Positions 39,337 to 51,380 of a stretch of 64,000 nucleotides of DNA are shown one piece after another. The stretch lies in the NCBI GenBank assembly GCA_964016885.1, contig OZ024744.1, positions 93,806,001-93,870,000 on the forward strand, in the 5' to 3' direction. A program made the translations under genes and the position numbers. The stretch is from Eledone cirrhosa. Lineage: Eukaryota. Position 1 is the stretch's first letter. Every line of letters begins with the position of its first letter. Below the pieces are notes generated by a model. It saw nothing but the letters and a program-made list of their open reading frames with translations, was not told the DNA's origin and made no database searches.

Positions 39337-40933
39337 TGTTGCCCATGGGAACTCCTATACGCAGATGATCTAACGCTCATAGCTGAATCAATGGCCGAGC
39401 TAGAGAAGAAATTCCAAACATGGAAGCACGGCCTAGAATCAAAAGGCCTTAAAATTAACCTGGCTAAGACTAAAGTTCTAGTTTGTAGGAAAGAAAATAA
39501 GACGCCGGTCCCTTCTGGGAAATGGTCGTGCTCAGTGTGTAGGAAAGGCGTAGGTAGAAATTCCATTTTATGTCCCAAATGCAAAGTATGGGTGCATAAA
39601 AGATGTAGTGGGATCACAGGTAAGCTAACTAAGAACATAGATTTTACATGTGGCCGGTGCTCTGGTGCAATAAGTAGCAGCAAGTGCCCACAAAATACTA
39701 GCTCTTTCAATTGCGCAGAGGGCTCTATAGAAATAGTGGACAGCTTCCGTTACCTGGGTGACAAAATCAGCAGTGGGGGTGGGTGCTCTGAAAGTACAGT
39801 AGCTAGAGTCAGAACTGGATGGAAAAAGTTCAGAGAGCTTATACCACTATTAGCCGCTAAAGGGTTGTCCCTAAAAATGAAAGGCAGGCTGTATGATGCC
39901 TGCATACGAACAGCAATGTTGCATGGCAGTGAGACTTGGGCATTGTGTGCAGAGGATATACGCAGACTAGAGAGGAACGAAGCTTGCATGCTCCGCTGGA
40001 TGTGTAATAGTAATATACGTGAACGGCAAAGCATAAACGAACTAAGGGAAAAATTAGAAATAAGAGGGATCAGATGTTGTTTACTCGAGAGAAGGCTACG
40101 TTGGTATGGTCACGTGATGCGCTTGAAAGACAACAGCTGTATAAAAAAAGTGCAGGGCAATAAAGATAGACGGTAGCCACGGAGTAGGCAGACCCAGAAA
40201 AACCTGGGACAACTTGATAAATTCTGACCTCACACACTTACACCTCTCCAAGACAATGTCACTGGACCGAGATCTTTGGCGGTACTCAGTAATAGAGAAG
40301 ACCCGCCTTACCTGAAATACAAAGTAAAACCTACTACAGTCAGTAGGCATCTCTAACAAAACACACCCCCGTCCCACCACCCCCACCCCATCCACACCGC
40401 CCCTTCCAATGTAAAGTTATGTTGGTGCCACAACATCCAGGCCGAAACAAATGAGATCGTGTAGGTGTCACGACAAAAAAACACACAGTCCACGCTGTAA
40501 TGTGGCCGTGTAGGCAAAACGGTAAAAACCTCCCAGTCCCACACTGTAAATGTGGTTGGTGTTAGGAAGGGCATCCAGCTGTAGAAAACCCGCCAGACAG
40601 TCCACGCTGTAATGTGGCCGTGTAGGCATCACGGTAAAAACCTCCCAGTCCCACACTGTAAATGTGGTTGGTGTTAGGAAGGGCATCCAGCTGTAGAAAA
40701 CCCGCCAGACAGTCCACGCTGTAATGTGGCCGTGTAGGCAACACGGTAAAAACCTCCCAGCCCCACACTGTAAATGTGGTTGGTGTTAGGAAGGGCATCC
40801 AGCTGTAGAAAACCCGCCAGACAGTCCTATGCGAGCAAGACAACCACTCTTGCTTCAAGTGGGAAAACTCCCGTCCAAACCCATGCAAGCGTGGAACATG
40901 GACGTTAAACAATGATGATGATGATGATGATGA
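39337..40933 (+). mobile_element. RTE LINE 3' fragment
   Basis: ELLYADD, Cys finger, RLRWYGHV; same family as 19275-21870; (GAT)n tail. Confidence 0.93.
40485..40827. repeat. 3 x 112-bp tandem repeat in an RTE 3' UTR
   Basis: ACAGTCC recurs at 40485, 40597, 40709 and 40821. Confidence 0.9.
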
Positions 40934-41185
40934 TATATATATATATATATATATATACTAATATTTTTTGCATGTTTCTTTCACCTGTGTCTTCCCACGA
41001 TGGGATATGTACACTTTCTTTTCTTCTATTCCTTTCCTATTTTTCCCCTTCTTCTTCTCTCCTCATCTTCCCCCCCCCCCCTGTTCTCCCTCTTTTCCCT
41101 CTCTTTCCTTTTCTCTCTCCTTTTTTTCTCTCTTTCTCTCTCCTTTTCCACCTGGCCTTTTGATTAATAAAAGGCCTAGGGTGCA

Positions 41186-41258
41186 CCCGAACTACACCGA
41201 TGTCCTGTAAGTCAGCTCCGAAACATCGGTTCGGGATACATTTACAGCTGATGATGGA
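41186..41258 (+). ncRNA. Candidate non-circularly permuted hammerhead ribozyme
   Basis: GTC 41202-04, GAAA 41220-23 and CTGATGA 41248-54 occur in that order, with stems I, II and III all complementary. Confidence 0.6.
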
Positions 41259-41649
41259 AACTCCTTTCTTCCTTTCTCCTCCTGTTCCGTCCTAACCACC
41301 ATCCTAAACCTTGTTTTTAGTAACCACACAGCTCCTTTCGTTTCATAACTTTTTGTATATATATACTATATATATTTAAGAAAGAAACTAACAAAAGAAT
41401 CCGCTGTAAAGTTGATATTAGTGTCAGTTGATGGTGAATTCCAAAATAGATCAATTTTCTTACCAAAACATCTCAAACATAACAAATTTGATTAAGGAAG
41501 AAAATCATCAAAATTTCACTTCCATTTCAAAATGTTTATTGACATGTCAATGTCCTTAGGATTATTTAGTAGTATTTTTAAAGATTTTATTTTAATTTTA
41601 TTATTATTGTTATTATGTTATGGGTCAGAGGCCTGTTTAATTTATGGTA

Positions 41650-41683
<34 letters not shown>

Positions 41684-41985
41684 GTCATCGTCATCGTTTA
41701 ACGTCTATCTTCCACACTAACATGGGTTTAGACGGGAATTGTCCCACTTGAGGCAAGATTGGTCGTCTCGCTCGTATGGGACTGTCTGGCAGGTTTTCTA
41801 CGGCTGGATGCCCTTCCTAACACCAACCACGTTTACAGTGTGGACAGGGAGAGGTTTTTTACCGAGTTACCTACACGGCCACATTACAGCGTGGACTATG
41901 TGTTTTTTTGTCGTGACACCAACACGACCTCATTTATTTAGGACTGGATGTTGTGGTACCAACCCCATCTCTCCGTATTATGAAC
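41650..41985 (-). mobile_element. RTE 3' UTR fragment
   Basis: (CAT)n plus homology to 19290-19560. Confidence 0.85.
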
Positions 41986-42230
41986 AAATGGGGTCCCGTG
42001 TGCTGGCTGCCCAACAACCCTGGTGGACAGAATGGAGAAGGCATTTCTCCGGAGGATGGTAACGGAGATGCACTGGAGGAGCCATTCCAACTCGCGAGGC
42101 TCACACCTGCAGCTAGCCAACTCAGCACCTATGGTGGTAAGTAGGGAAGTAGTCCTAAGGCCAAGGACACCGGAAGTCTCCACTGCTAAGGGCACGACCA
42201 CAAAACTGTTGGAGAGTGATCGGCCAAATG
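41986..42230 (-). mobile_element. CRE LINE 3' fragment
   Basis: PLAVETSGVLG..CEPRELEWLLQCIS, homologous to 27720-27950. Confidence 0.85.
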
Positions 42231-42419
42231 TAGAAACAATTATTATTATTATTGTTGTGGACCTAGTGGCCAATAAAAAAATCATCATCATCACCATCAT
42301 CATCGATTAACGTCTACCTTCCACGCTAGCATGGGTTAGACGGGTTTGTTCCATTATAGACAAGTTGAGTCAGGTGGCTCATATAGGAGTGTTTCTGGCT
42401 GGAAGCCCTTCCTAACGCC

Positions 42420-44062
42420 AACCACTTTACAGTGTGAACTGGGTGCTTTCTGCCATGTCTTTTACATGACCACTTTACAGCGTGAACTGGGTGCGTTTTG
42501 TCATGATACCTACACGACCACTTTACAGAGTGGACTGGGTGCTTTTGATCATGACTCCTCCACAACCACTTTACAGTGTGTACTGGGTGCTTTATGTCAT
42601 CCTACACAACCACTTTACAGAGTCGACTGGGTGCTTTTTGTCATGACACCTACATGACCATTTTACAGTGTGGACTGGGTGCTTTTTGTTGTGACACCTA
42701 CATGACCACTTTACAGTGTGGACTGGGTGTTTTTTGTCGTGACACCTACACAACCACTTTACAATGTGGACTGGCTATTATCTGTCGTGACACCTACATG
42801 ACCACTTTACAGTGTGGACTGGGTACTTTTTGTCGTGACACCTACATGACCACTTTATAGTGTCGGTTGTCTCATTTTTGCCGTGAGACCTACATGACCA
42901 CATTACAGTGTGAGCTAGGTGCTTTTTGTCGAGACACCTACATGACCACATTACAGTGTAGACTGGGTACTTTTTGTCGTGACACCTACATGACCACTTT
43001 ACAGTGTGGACTGGGTGCTTTTTGTCGAGACACCTACATGACCACTTTACAGTGTGTACTGGGTACTTTTTGTCGTGACACCTACATGACCACATTACAG
43101 TGTGTACTGGGTACTTTTTGTCATGACACCTACATGACCACTTTACAGTGTGGACTGGATACTTTTTGTCATGACACTTACATGACCACTTTATAGTGTG
43201 GATTGGGTGTTTTTTGTCATGACACCTACATGACCACTTTAAAGTGTGGACTGGGTACTTTTTGTCGTAACACCTAGACAACCACTTTACAGAGTGCACA
43301 GCTGATTTTTTGTTGTGACACCTAGACAACCACTTTACAGAGTGCACTGGGTGTTTTTTGTTGTGACACCTAGACAACCACTTTACAGAGTGCACTGGGT
43401 GCTTTTTGTTGTGACACCTAGACAACCACTTTACAGAGTGCACTGGGTGTTTTTTTGTTGTGACACCTAGACAACCACTTTACAGAGTGCACTGGGTGTT
43501 TTTTGTTGTGACACCTAGACAACCACTTTACAGAGTGCACTGGGTGTTTTTTGTTGTGACACCTAGACAACTACTTTACAGAGTGCACTGGGTGTTTTTT
43601 GTTGTGACACCTAGACAACCATATTGCAGAGTGCACTGGGTGTTTTTTTTTTGTGACATCTAGACAACCATATTGCAGAGTGCACTGGGTGTTTTTTTTG
43701 TGACACCTAGACAACCACTTTACAGAGTGCACTGGGTGTTTTTTGTTGTGACACCTAGACAACCATTTTACAGAGTGCACTGGGTGTTTTTTGTTGTGAC
43801 ACCTAGACAACTACTTTACAGAGTGCACTGGGTGTTTTTTGTTGTGACACCTAGACAACCATATTGCAGAGTGCACTGGGTGTTTTTTTTTTGTGACATC
43901 TAGACAACCATATTGCAGAGTGCACTGGGTGTTTTTTTTGTGACACCTAGACAACCACTTTACAGAGTGCACTGGGTGTTTTTTGTTGTGACACCTAGAC
44001 AACCATTTTACAGAGTGCACTGGGTGTTTTTTGTTGTGACACCTAGACAACCACATTGCAGT
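42420..44062. repeat. 48-bp minisatellite (~34 units) expanded from an RTE 3' UTR (tail at 42282-42420, minus strand)
   Basis: Unit GACACCTAGACAACCACTTTACAGAGTGCACTGGGTGTTTTTTGTTGT, period 48. Confidence 0.95.
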
Positions 44063-44299
44063 GTCTTTCCTCCTTTGTTTTAATTTTATTGTTATCTTTC
44101 CCTTTTATCAACATTGTTAAGATTTGTTTACCCTCAAAACCCACACACACACAAACGCACACATATACACACCAACACATACACACACACAACACACACA
44201 CACACCAACACACACCAACACACAGTGTTTATGTCCTGTGCTGTCAGAATGTTTTCCTTGGTGTAAACCCTTTGTGGTTAATAAAGAAATCATTATTAT
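44063..44299 (+). mobile_element. Tx1 3' tail fragment
   Basis: Ends TGTAAACCCTTTGTGGTTAATAAAGAAATC-(ATT)n, like copy 1. Confidence 0.65.
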
Positions 44300-44348
44300 T
44301 GTCTTTCCTTTTTTCTCAGTTTTGTTGCCATCATCACCATCATAATAT

Positions 44349-44862
44349 AATTGTTTCTACTTTAGGCACAAGGCCATCAATTACCCAGTGCATTACTGGT
44401 ACTTTATTTTATCGACCCCGTAAGGATGAAAGGCAAAGTTAACCTCGGCAGGATTTGAACTCAGAATGGCAAGGGCGTCAAAGCATCATAATATAATAAA
44501 GGGAGGAGTGCAGGACTGCATCCTGAATATATTTTTTTATCTCGTTAGTAAAATAAGTTGGATTACTTTGAATAAATAATTGTTTCTACTTTTGGCACAA
44601 GGCCAGCAATTACCCAGTACATTACTGGTTCTTTATTTTATCGACCTAGGCAGGATTTGAACTCAGACCGTAAAGGGCCGTAACTCTATGTGTCAAAACA
44701 TGGCGTTCAATCCTCTACCGATACTGCCAATCCACTGCCACTTTGAATAAATAATTGTTTCTACGTTAGGCACAAGGCCAGCAATTACCCAGTGTATTAC
44801 TGGTACTTTATTTTATCGACCCCGTAAGGATGAAAGGCAAAGTTAACCTCAGCGGGATTTGA
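44349..44862 (-). mobile_element. Three tandem tRNA-derived SINE copies or fragments
   Basis: Each begins AATTGTTTCTAC..GGCACAAGGCCA and contains TTTATCGACC..GGATTTGAA (box B on the minus strand). Confidence 0.85.
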
Positions 44863-45290
44863 ATAAATAATAAATGAATATTACATAATTTATGTACTAA
44901 ATTTCATAGCTGTTGATTAAACATAAATATTCTTATATATAATGATTGCTTATTTTAAGATTCACTTCTTTAAAATTTTCAAATATCTACACTTCCGGTT
45001 AGCGTCCGTTATATCATAACACTTATTACATCGCTTATGTAAACATCCATATATTTGCATCGTTATATAAGGTTTCATTACATTTCACCGTAATCCAGTT
45101 TATATATAATATCATCTTTTTTTAAATGTATCATGGATTACTTTACTGATTACATAAAACAGTGTAACACAGTCTCTCTTCAATTTTTGTGCATATTCTC
45201 AATAATGATTTTATTTGATGTATCATATCTACATGCATATAATTAACATATAATATCAATATGTGAAGTGAAGCAATGGTTTATAGTTAT

Positions 45291-46958
45291 TGTTAGGTGA
45301 AATAACACAAAATAGATGGTTTCATTTTGATACAAAATTTACTTCAGTTAAAAGGAACAACGAATAGGTTACTACACGTTATAGCGGTTGAAAATGTTTT
45401 GGTTATTTCGTTATGTTGGCGTAGTCTGTGGCCAGAGACGGTGAGAAGTCTGTAGACCAGGAAAGAGAGTAAAGGTTTGTAGAAATCTTTAGACCTCTGT
45501 AGACTCCAAGGGGCCTGTAGTTAGAGGAGAAAGTTTCACATGGTTACTTTCTTGTGTACTGCTCTGAAGTGTCTGGTTTTGCATGGTCTGATACAGGCTA
45601 TTCATATTTGTCGCTTCCTGTCTCACGCCTCGGGGGATCATCGCCCACGCATAGACTTGTTTACCTCGAAAAGGAGGTGACCCAGAATCTGACCTTTCTA
45701 TGTCACCGAAGGTTCAAAGTGTGGACAGATTTCGCTACATATACACACTACACATGCTAGCAGAAAACGGGGTTTTTTTTCCTAGTTATTGTAATTATTC
45801 TCTACGTATTGACTCTCGAGCCTCTACTGTCGAAGCCGAAGCTGTTGCTAGGCATCCCACTCTGACTGGGATGTGGATGGTGTCTCTCCACAATGCCATT
45901 TCCCCTTGGTCTATATGCCACTCTGAAGAAACAGTTCACATTCCACTTTTCAAGTATTTCCTTCAGTGCCTCTGAGGCAAAATGTTGTGCCATTGTCCAT
46001 AAGCAGTTCATCCACAGGGGGGGACCCACTTCAGGAATATTTTGTTTAGCATTCATGTAATTTAATCTACGGTTCCTATCTTATTCCTTCCATATCACCA
46101 TCTGCTCCGGTTCTGCAATCAACCATCAAGAGATATGTCCCCTATCAGTGGTAGATCAGATCCACTGCCAGTCATTTCCAGTTGTGTTACACTTGGATGT
46201 TTCCTATCTTATGCACTCCCAGAGTAGGGTGTCGATGGACTGATACCTGTCACAACTCCTGACCACTTTCTGCACACTCTGTCTGGTATCATCGGATTCA
46301 ACTTTTCTAGCAAGGAACAGAGTCCTATCCACTTACATGTGATGCATAGTATGCAGTCTCTTTAGTTCTGAGCCACTCATTCAACACATTACAGCTACCC
46401 TCTGCTTCAAATCCTCTGGCACTTCCAGTCAGGCTTTCTTCACTTTGGTTAGAATGAGGGTACAAAGACCATTCTCAGTTTCAGGCCAAATGCAGTAGCT
46501 AGCTCTCCCAGGTGGCACTTTATTAACACCTCTGCTGCCCCTGTCATTCATACCCTCCTCTCATCTAAATAAGTACAGTGGCCAAATTGGTCCATATTTC
46601 AATGGGACACAGCTCCCATCTGAGGGCCAAATTCACTTCAGCACAGCATCCAACTCAGCTATGCCATGTTGATATAGTTGCAGTCATCCTTCCTCCTGAA
46701 CCATACTGCATCCTCCACCTTGATGCTCCCTATTTCCATAACAACCCCCTACCACCATGCTGCTAACATTGCATCATATGGTCTCGTTCCCCAATTTGGG
46801 TACATACCAGCTTCCTCTTACTGGGTCCTCTGCCCTTACCCTCTCCAGGATCTTCTGCATCATGGCCACTGTCATCTCCTCCACTTGCTCCTGGTATCTT
46901 CTTTCAGAGCATGCTGAAATCACATGAGCCAGGGAGAAATCAAGCCACCTGTGAGAGG
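45291..46958 (-). mobile_element. Gypsy-like LTR retrotransposon remnant (RNase H/integrase + probable LTR)
   Basis: AYRPRGNGIVERHH, HHM.VDRTLFLARK and INMAELD remnants; putative LTR end TGTTAGG at 45291. Confidence 0.75.
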
Positions 46959-46966
46959 GTTCTACC

Positions 46967-47283
46967 CAGTAGCATGCAGCGGGGGGTGGGGCGATGGTGC
47001 GTTGGCCCCGGGCATCCTGTGGATTTATTTGTGGAAAAGAACTTAATAAATTTGATTTATATTAACATCGAATAAAGGGTTTATTTCATGTTTCATCTGT
47101 GTTTATATATTCAAAATGTTTTCCTGTCTCATAATATTTCTCAGTATATTAGGCCTTATACTTGAGTCTTTGGGGCACTAGGCCTTATACTTGAGTCATT
47201 GGGGCATTAGGTCTTATACTTGAGTCATTCGGGCGTACAATCAAGATTTGTCCCAGGCATCACCAGAACTCTGCACACCGCTG
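46967..47283. mobile_element. hAT-type MITE
   Basis: Perfect 8-bp TSD GTTCTACC (46959-66, 47284-91); imperfect TIRs CAGTAGCATGCAG/CTGCACACCGCTG; internal 3 x ~29-bp repeat. Confidence 0.85.
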
Positions 47284-47307
47284 GTTCTACCGACACACAC
47301 TCCATGG

Positions 47308-47500
47308 TACATTTGCAGTGAGTGTAGCTTAATTTGCAAGTCAGTTGGTGGACTGACCAGATATGGTGGAATGTATGAAGACACACTCCAGTCGGTATTG
47401 TTAGGAGGCAGATAGTTCAAGTGTCACATTCAAGTGAACATGCCTACAAACCAAAAGTGGGTCTGAAAAGTCACCTGCATGCACAGGTTTGTACAATGTT
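47308..47500 (+). pseudogene. Decayed tandem C2H2 fingers, probably the C-terminus of an RTE-type LINE
   Basis: ICSECSLICKSVGGLTR and FKCH..KVGLKSHLHA. Confidence 0.45.
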
Positions 47501-48129
47501 CAATGCTGAGGTACTGAAATGTGGAAATCATGGACATACAGCATCATAGAAATGAGAATTGGTGAAATTGTCTATGGTCCCCGACACTCAGTAATGAGTG
47601 TGAAAAGTGACCAAACTATATCAGGCATACTTGTTTAGAATTCATGACAATAAATTGGGGTTTGGAAATACAGTAAACACTCTACTAACACTAACTAAAA
47701 ACAGGTTTGTTAATTCAAATGTTTATAGTATCTTTACTAGTGGACAGATTGTTGTGAGAATATGTAGTATTATCTTTTAATATCCTGTAATGATTTAGCA
47801 GAAAATATCGCAAAATGGGTTTTTTAATTCAAATGTTTATGGTATCTTTTCTAGTGGACAGATTGTTGTGAAAATTTGCAATAACAAGATTAATTAAATT
47901 AGAGAAAATACTTTAATTTTTAATAGTACCATTTTGTATTTTTGAAGAATGTCGGGCGAATGTGATTTCATGTGGTACAGGTATATTAAAAATTAACATA
48001 ATTTTTAAATTAACATGGTTTATATATCTTGACCACAAATCTTGAAAAACACAAAGTATATATACAAAGAACACAGATGTAACAGAGATCAAATTAACAT
48101 TTGACAATGACTAATAGAGTACATAGCTT

Positions 48130-50840
48130 CATCATCATCATCATCATCACCGTTTTACGTCCGTTCTTCCACGCTAGCATGGGTTAGACGGGTTGTCCTG
48201 TTGTGGGCAGTGTCTGGTCGGCTGACCATGCCTTGCTCATACAGGAACTGATCTGGCTTGATTTCTACAGCTGGATGCCCTTCCTAACACCAACCTCATT
48301 TACAGTGAGTGCTGGGTGCTTTTTCGTGGCGCCTACACGTCCACTTTACAGTGTGGGCTGGGTGCTTTTTTGCCGTGGCACCTCCACGACCACCTTGCGG
48401 TGGGGGGGGGGGGGCATATTGTTTATATGCTTCAGCATGTACCCATGGGAGGTCGGGTACCCTGTATTACTGCGTGACGCCAGAAGTCACGGTCGTGTGT
48501 CATTGACTTTGAGAGGTGTAGTTGGGTAAGGTCGGCTTTTATCACCTCATCCCAAGTCATCTTGGGTCTCCCCACTCCGCGGTTTCCATCAACTTCTAGT
48601 GCTCTGCACCTTTTTATGCAGCTGTCATCCTTCATACGCATCACATGTCCATACCAGCGTAACCGCCTCTCCTGCACGCAGCATTTGATTCCTCTTATGC
48701 TCAGTCTCTCTCTCAATTCATTTATGCTTTGTCGTTCACGTATATTACTGTTACACATCCATCGGAGCATGCAGGCTTCGTTTCTCTCTAATCTACGTAA
48801 GTCTTCCACCTTCAGCGCCCAGGTCTCACTACCATGCAACATCGCTGTTCGGATACACGCATCATACAGTCTGCCTTTCATTCTGAGGGAGAAGCCTTTT
48901 GCAGCTAGCAGTGGTAGTAGTTCCCTAAACTTCTTCCATCCCGTTCTTACCCTAGTTATTGTACTTTCTGAGCACCCACCTCCGTTGCTAATTCGGTCAC
49001 CTAGGTAGCAGAAGCTGTCTACTGTTTCTACAGGGCCCTCCCAGAGATTGGTGGTACTTGTTTCCTGTGGCTGTTTGCTTGCTGTTTCAGCACAGCTGCT
49101 GCATGTGAATCCTACATTCTTAATTAAGCTTCCTGAGATCCCGCTACATCTCTTGTGTACCCATTGTTTGCATTTGGGGCAAAGAATGGAGTTCCTACCT
49201 ACACCTTTCCTACATACTGAGCAAGGCCATTTCCCTGAGGGGATCTGGGTTCTGTTTTCTCGTCTACTTATAAGGACCTTAGTCTTTGTCATGTTGACTT
49301 TGAGGCCCTTTCTCTCTAGTCCCTGCTTCCAGGTTTGGAATTTATTCTCTAGTTCTACCATAGATTCAGCTATGAGTGCGAGGTCATCAGCATACAGGAG
49401 TTCCCATGGGCATCCGGTCTTAAACTCCTCCGTTATTGCCTGCAGGACTATGATGAACAGGAGAGGGCTAAGAACAGAGCCCTGGTGGACCCCAACCTGT
49501 ACGCTAAATTCCTCGCTATACTCATTGCCAATCCTAACTTTGCTGACTGCTCCCCTATACATGGCTTGTACCGCTTTCACAAGCCATTCATCTACTCCTA
49601 GTTTTCTAAGAGCCCACCAGATTACTGCACGTGGAACTCTGTCAAAGGCTTTCTCAAGGTCGACAAATGCCAAGTAGAGTGGCTTACTTTTAGCTAGGTA
49701 CTTTTCCTGTAATTGCCTCACAAGGAAGAGCGCATCAGTGGTGCCTTTCCCTGGAACAAACCCAAATTGCATCTCGTCTATATTCACCCGGTCCCTAATC
49801 AGCTGTGCTATAACTCTTTCTGTTACTTTCATGACCTGGTCCATCAACTTTATACCTCTATAGTTTCCTCTATCTAGTGCATCGCCTTTACCTTTGTAGC
49901 AGTTGACAATGATGCTACTGCACCAATCTTTTGGTATGGCCCCCTCTAGTATTACCTGGTTAACGATACGTGTGGTTATAGTGTGACCTACAGACCCAGA
50001 TGCCTTCAGCATCTCGGCAGCTATACCCGATGGACCGGTTGCCTTCCCTATCTTCATATCTCTGATTGCCTTACTTACTACGCTGCCGCTGACTTGTACT
50101 GCTGGTCCCTCTATAGGGTCTACGTGGGGTAGGGTCTCTTCTTCCCATGCATTCTCCTCATTTAGTAATCTATCATAATGACTCTTCCATGCATCTTTCT
50201 TCTCAGCACTTGTGAGGGCAAGCTCACCTTTATCATTCCGGATACACTTCTCTCCAATGACATCACAACTATCTCTGACACACTGCCTCGCAATCTTGAA
50301 TACCTCCTGTTTCTGGTCCTCACGTTGTAAAACATGCTTGAATTTTCTATCCTCTGCTTCCCTCCTAGCTAAGTATACTTGTCGCCTAGCTTCCCTCTTG
50401 GTCTCTATGTAATGTACCCTGCTCCCCCCGTTCTTCCATTCTTTCCATGCCTGTCTCTTGGCCTTGACTGCTTCATCTACCTTATTGTTCCACCACCAAG
50501 TCACTCTCCTCCTGCTTGAGGTCTTACTCCAGCCACAAACCTCATCCGTCGCCTCTAGTAAGTTATTTTTTAGGAACTCCCAGTTCTCTTCTACGTTAAA
50601 TGTATCTATCTGTTCTTCTTTACTGTCGTAGGCGTTGAGTAAAATATCTTTAAATCTGTTACTGGTTGAGGGGACTTTCAGCTTCCAGATCTTTCTTCTC
50701 CAGGTTGGCCTCTGTTTCAGGGCTCGTCTAGTTCTGACCGTGAGGTCGCTGACAACTAAGCTATGTTGGGATGTACATTCCTCACTAGGGAAGGCTTTTG
50801 TGTTTACGACCGTCCATCTGTCACGTCCTCTGATGAGGAT
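48130..50840 (-). mobile_element. RTE LINE, 5'-truncated, young
   Basis: Long uninterrupted RT ORF; (CAT)n tail. Confidence 0.95.
48432..50504 (-). CDS. RTE reverse transcriptase with an embedded PHD-like finger
   Basis: NYRGIKL, QFGF, VDLEKAFD, HQGSVLSP, YADD, CSVC..CPKC..HKRC..CSSC, YLG, RLRWYGHV. Confidence 0.9.
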   Translation of the reverse strand: MTWWWNNKVDEAVKAKRQAWKEWKNGGSRVHYIETKREARRQVYLARREAEDRKFKHVLQREDQKQEVFKIARQCVRDSCDVIGEKCIRNDKGELALTSAEKKDAWKSHYDRLLNEENAWEEETLPHVDPIEGPAVQVSGSVVSKAIRDMKIGKATGPSGIAAEMLKASGSVGHTITTRIVNQVILEGAIPKDWCSSIIVNCYKGKGDALDRGNYRGIKLMDQVMKVTERVIAQLIRDRVNIDEMQFGFVPGKGTTDALFLVRQLQEKYLAKSKPLYLAFVDLEKAFDRVPRAVIWWALRKLGVDEWLVKAVQAMYRGAVSKVRIGNEYSEEFSVQVGVHQGSVLSPLLFIIVLQAITEEFKTGCPWELLYADDLALIAESMVELENKFQTWKQGLERKGLKVNMTKTKVLISRRENRTQIPSGKWPCSVCRKGVGRNSILCPKCKQWVHKRCSGISGSLIKNVGFTCSSCAETASKQPQETSTTNLWEGPVETVDSFCYLGDRISNGGGCSESTITRVRTGWKKFRELLPLLAAKGFSLRMKGRLYDACIRTAMLHGSETWALKVEDLRRLERNEACMLRWMCNSNIRERQSINELRERLSIRGIKCCVQERRLRWYGHVMRMKDDSCIKRCRALEVDGNRGVGRPKMTWDEVIKADLTQLHLSKSMTHDRDFWRHAVIQGTRPPMGTC

Positions 50841-50844
50841 AAAA

Positions 50845-51210
50845 TCTAACTTGGAGATCAGAATCAGAGGCTCACTCTAGTTAGAACAGCTACTTCTTCT
50901 AATTGACAGATCACAGCTCTGATACTACAGGCATGTAGTTAGAATGCCTCAGGAAAGAATCGCTGGACAGATTTTATGGCCAAAGCCATTCGGCAGGAGA
51001 CCCAGGGGTAGACCTCGAACAAGATGGCTGGATAACATCCTTGAGCTTGGCTGAACTCATCTGGGGATCCTGTCAGATCAGTTGGAGACAGTTGTTTCTG
51101 ATATGACTCGCTGGAAGGAGTGTTTGAGGACTCTGCTTCCTTGACCCTCTCAGGAATCTGGGGGCAGAGTCCTCAAATGTGGGAGGAGTCAACTAATAGA
51201 AATGATGAAA
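50845..51210 (+). mobile_element. 3' fragment of a different RTE family
   Basis: HVVRMPQERI...GRRPRGRPRTRWLDNI. Confidence 0.7.
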
Positions 51211-51380
51211 ATCAAGGGGAAATTAAAGTGTTTTATTTTTCATTGCTTACACCTAAAAAACCACTGTAAATCTAAATTTTATCTGAAATATTCAAATTTT
51301 TTAATATCAAACTACTAATTGCAAAAAAGCAACAGCTGTAGGATAACAATACTCAGTAATTAGGGTATTCATATATATAT

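Noticed and set aside
42420-44062. CRISPR-like array or Cys/His-repeat protein ORFs
   Set aside because: There are no unique spacers and no cas genes; the ORFs are by-products of a 48-bp (16-codon) unit.
51251-51282. Minus-strand exon with good splice signals
   Set aside because: It has stop codons in all three frames.
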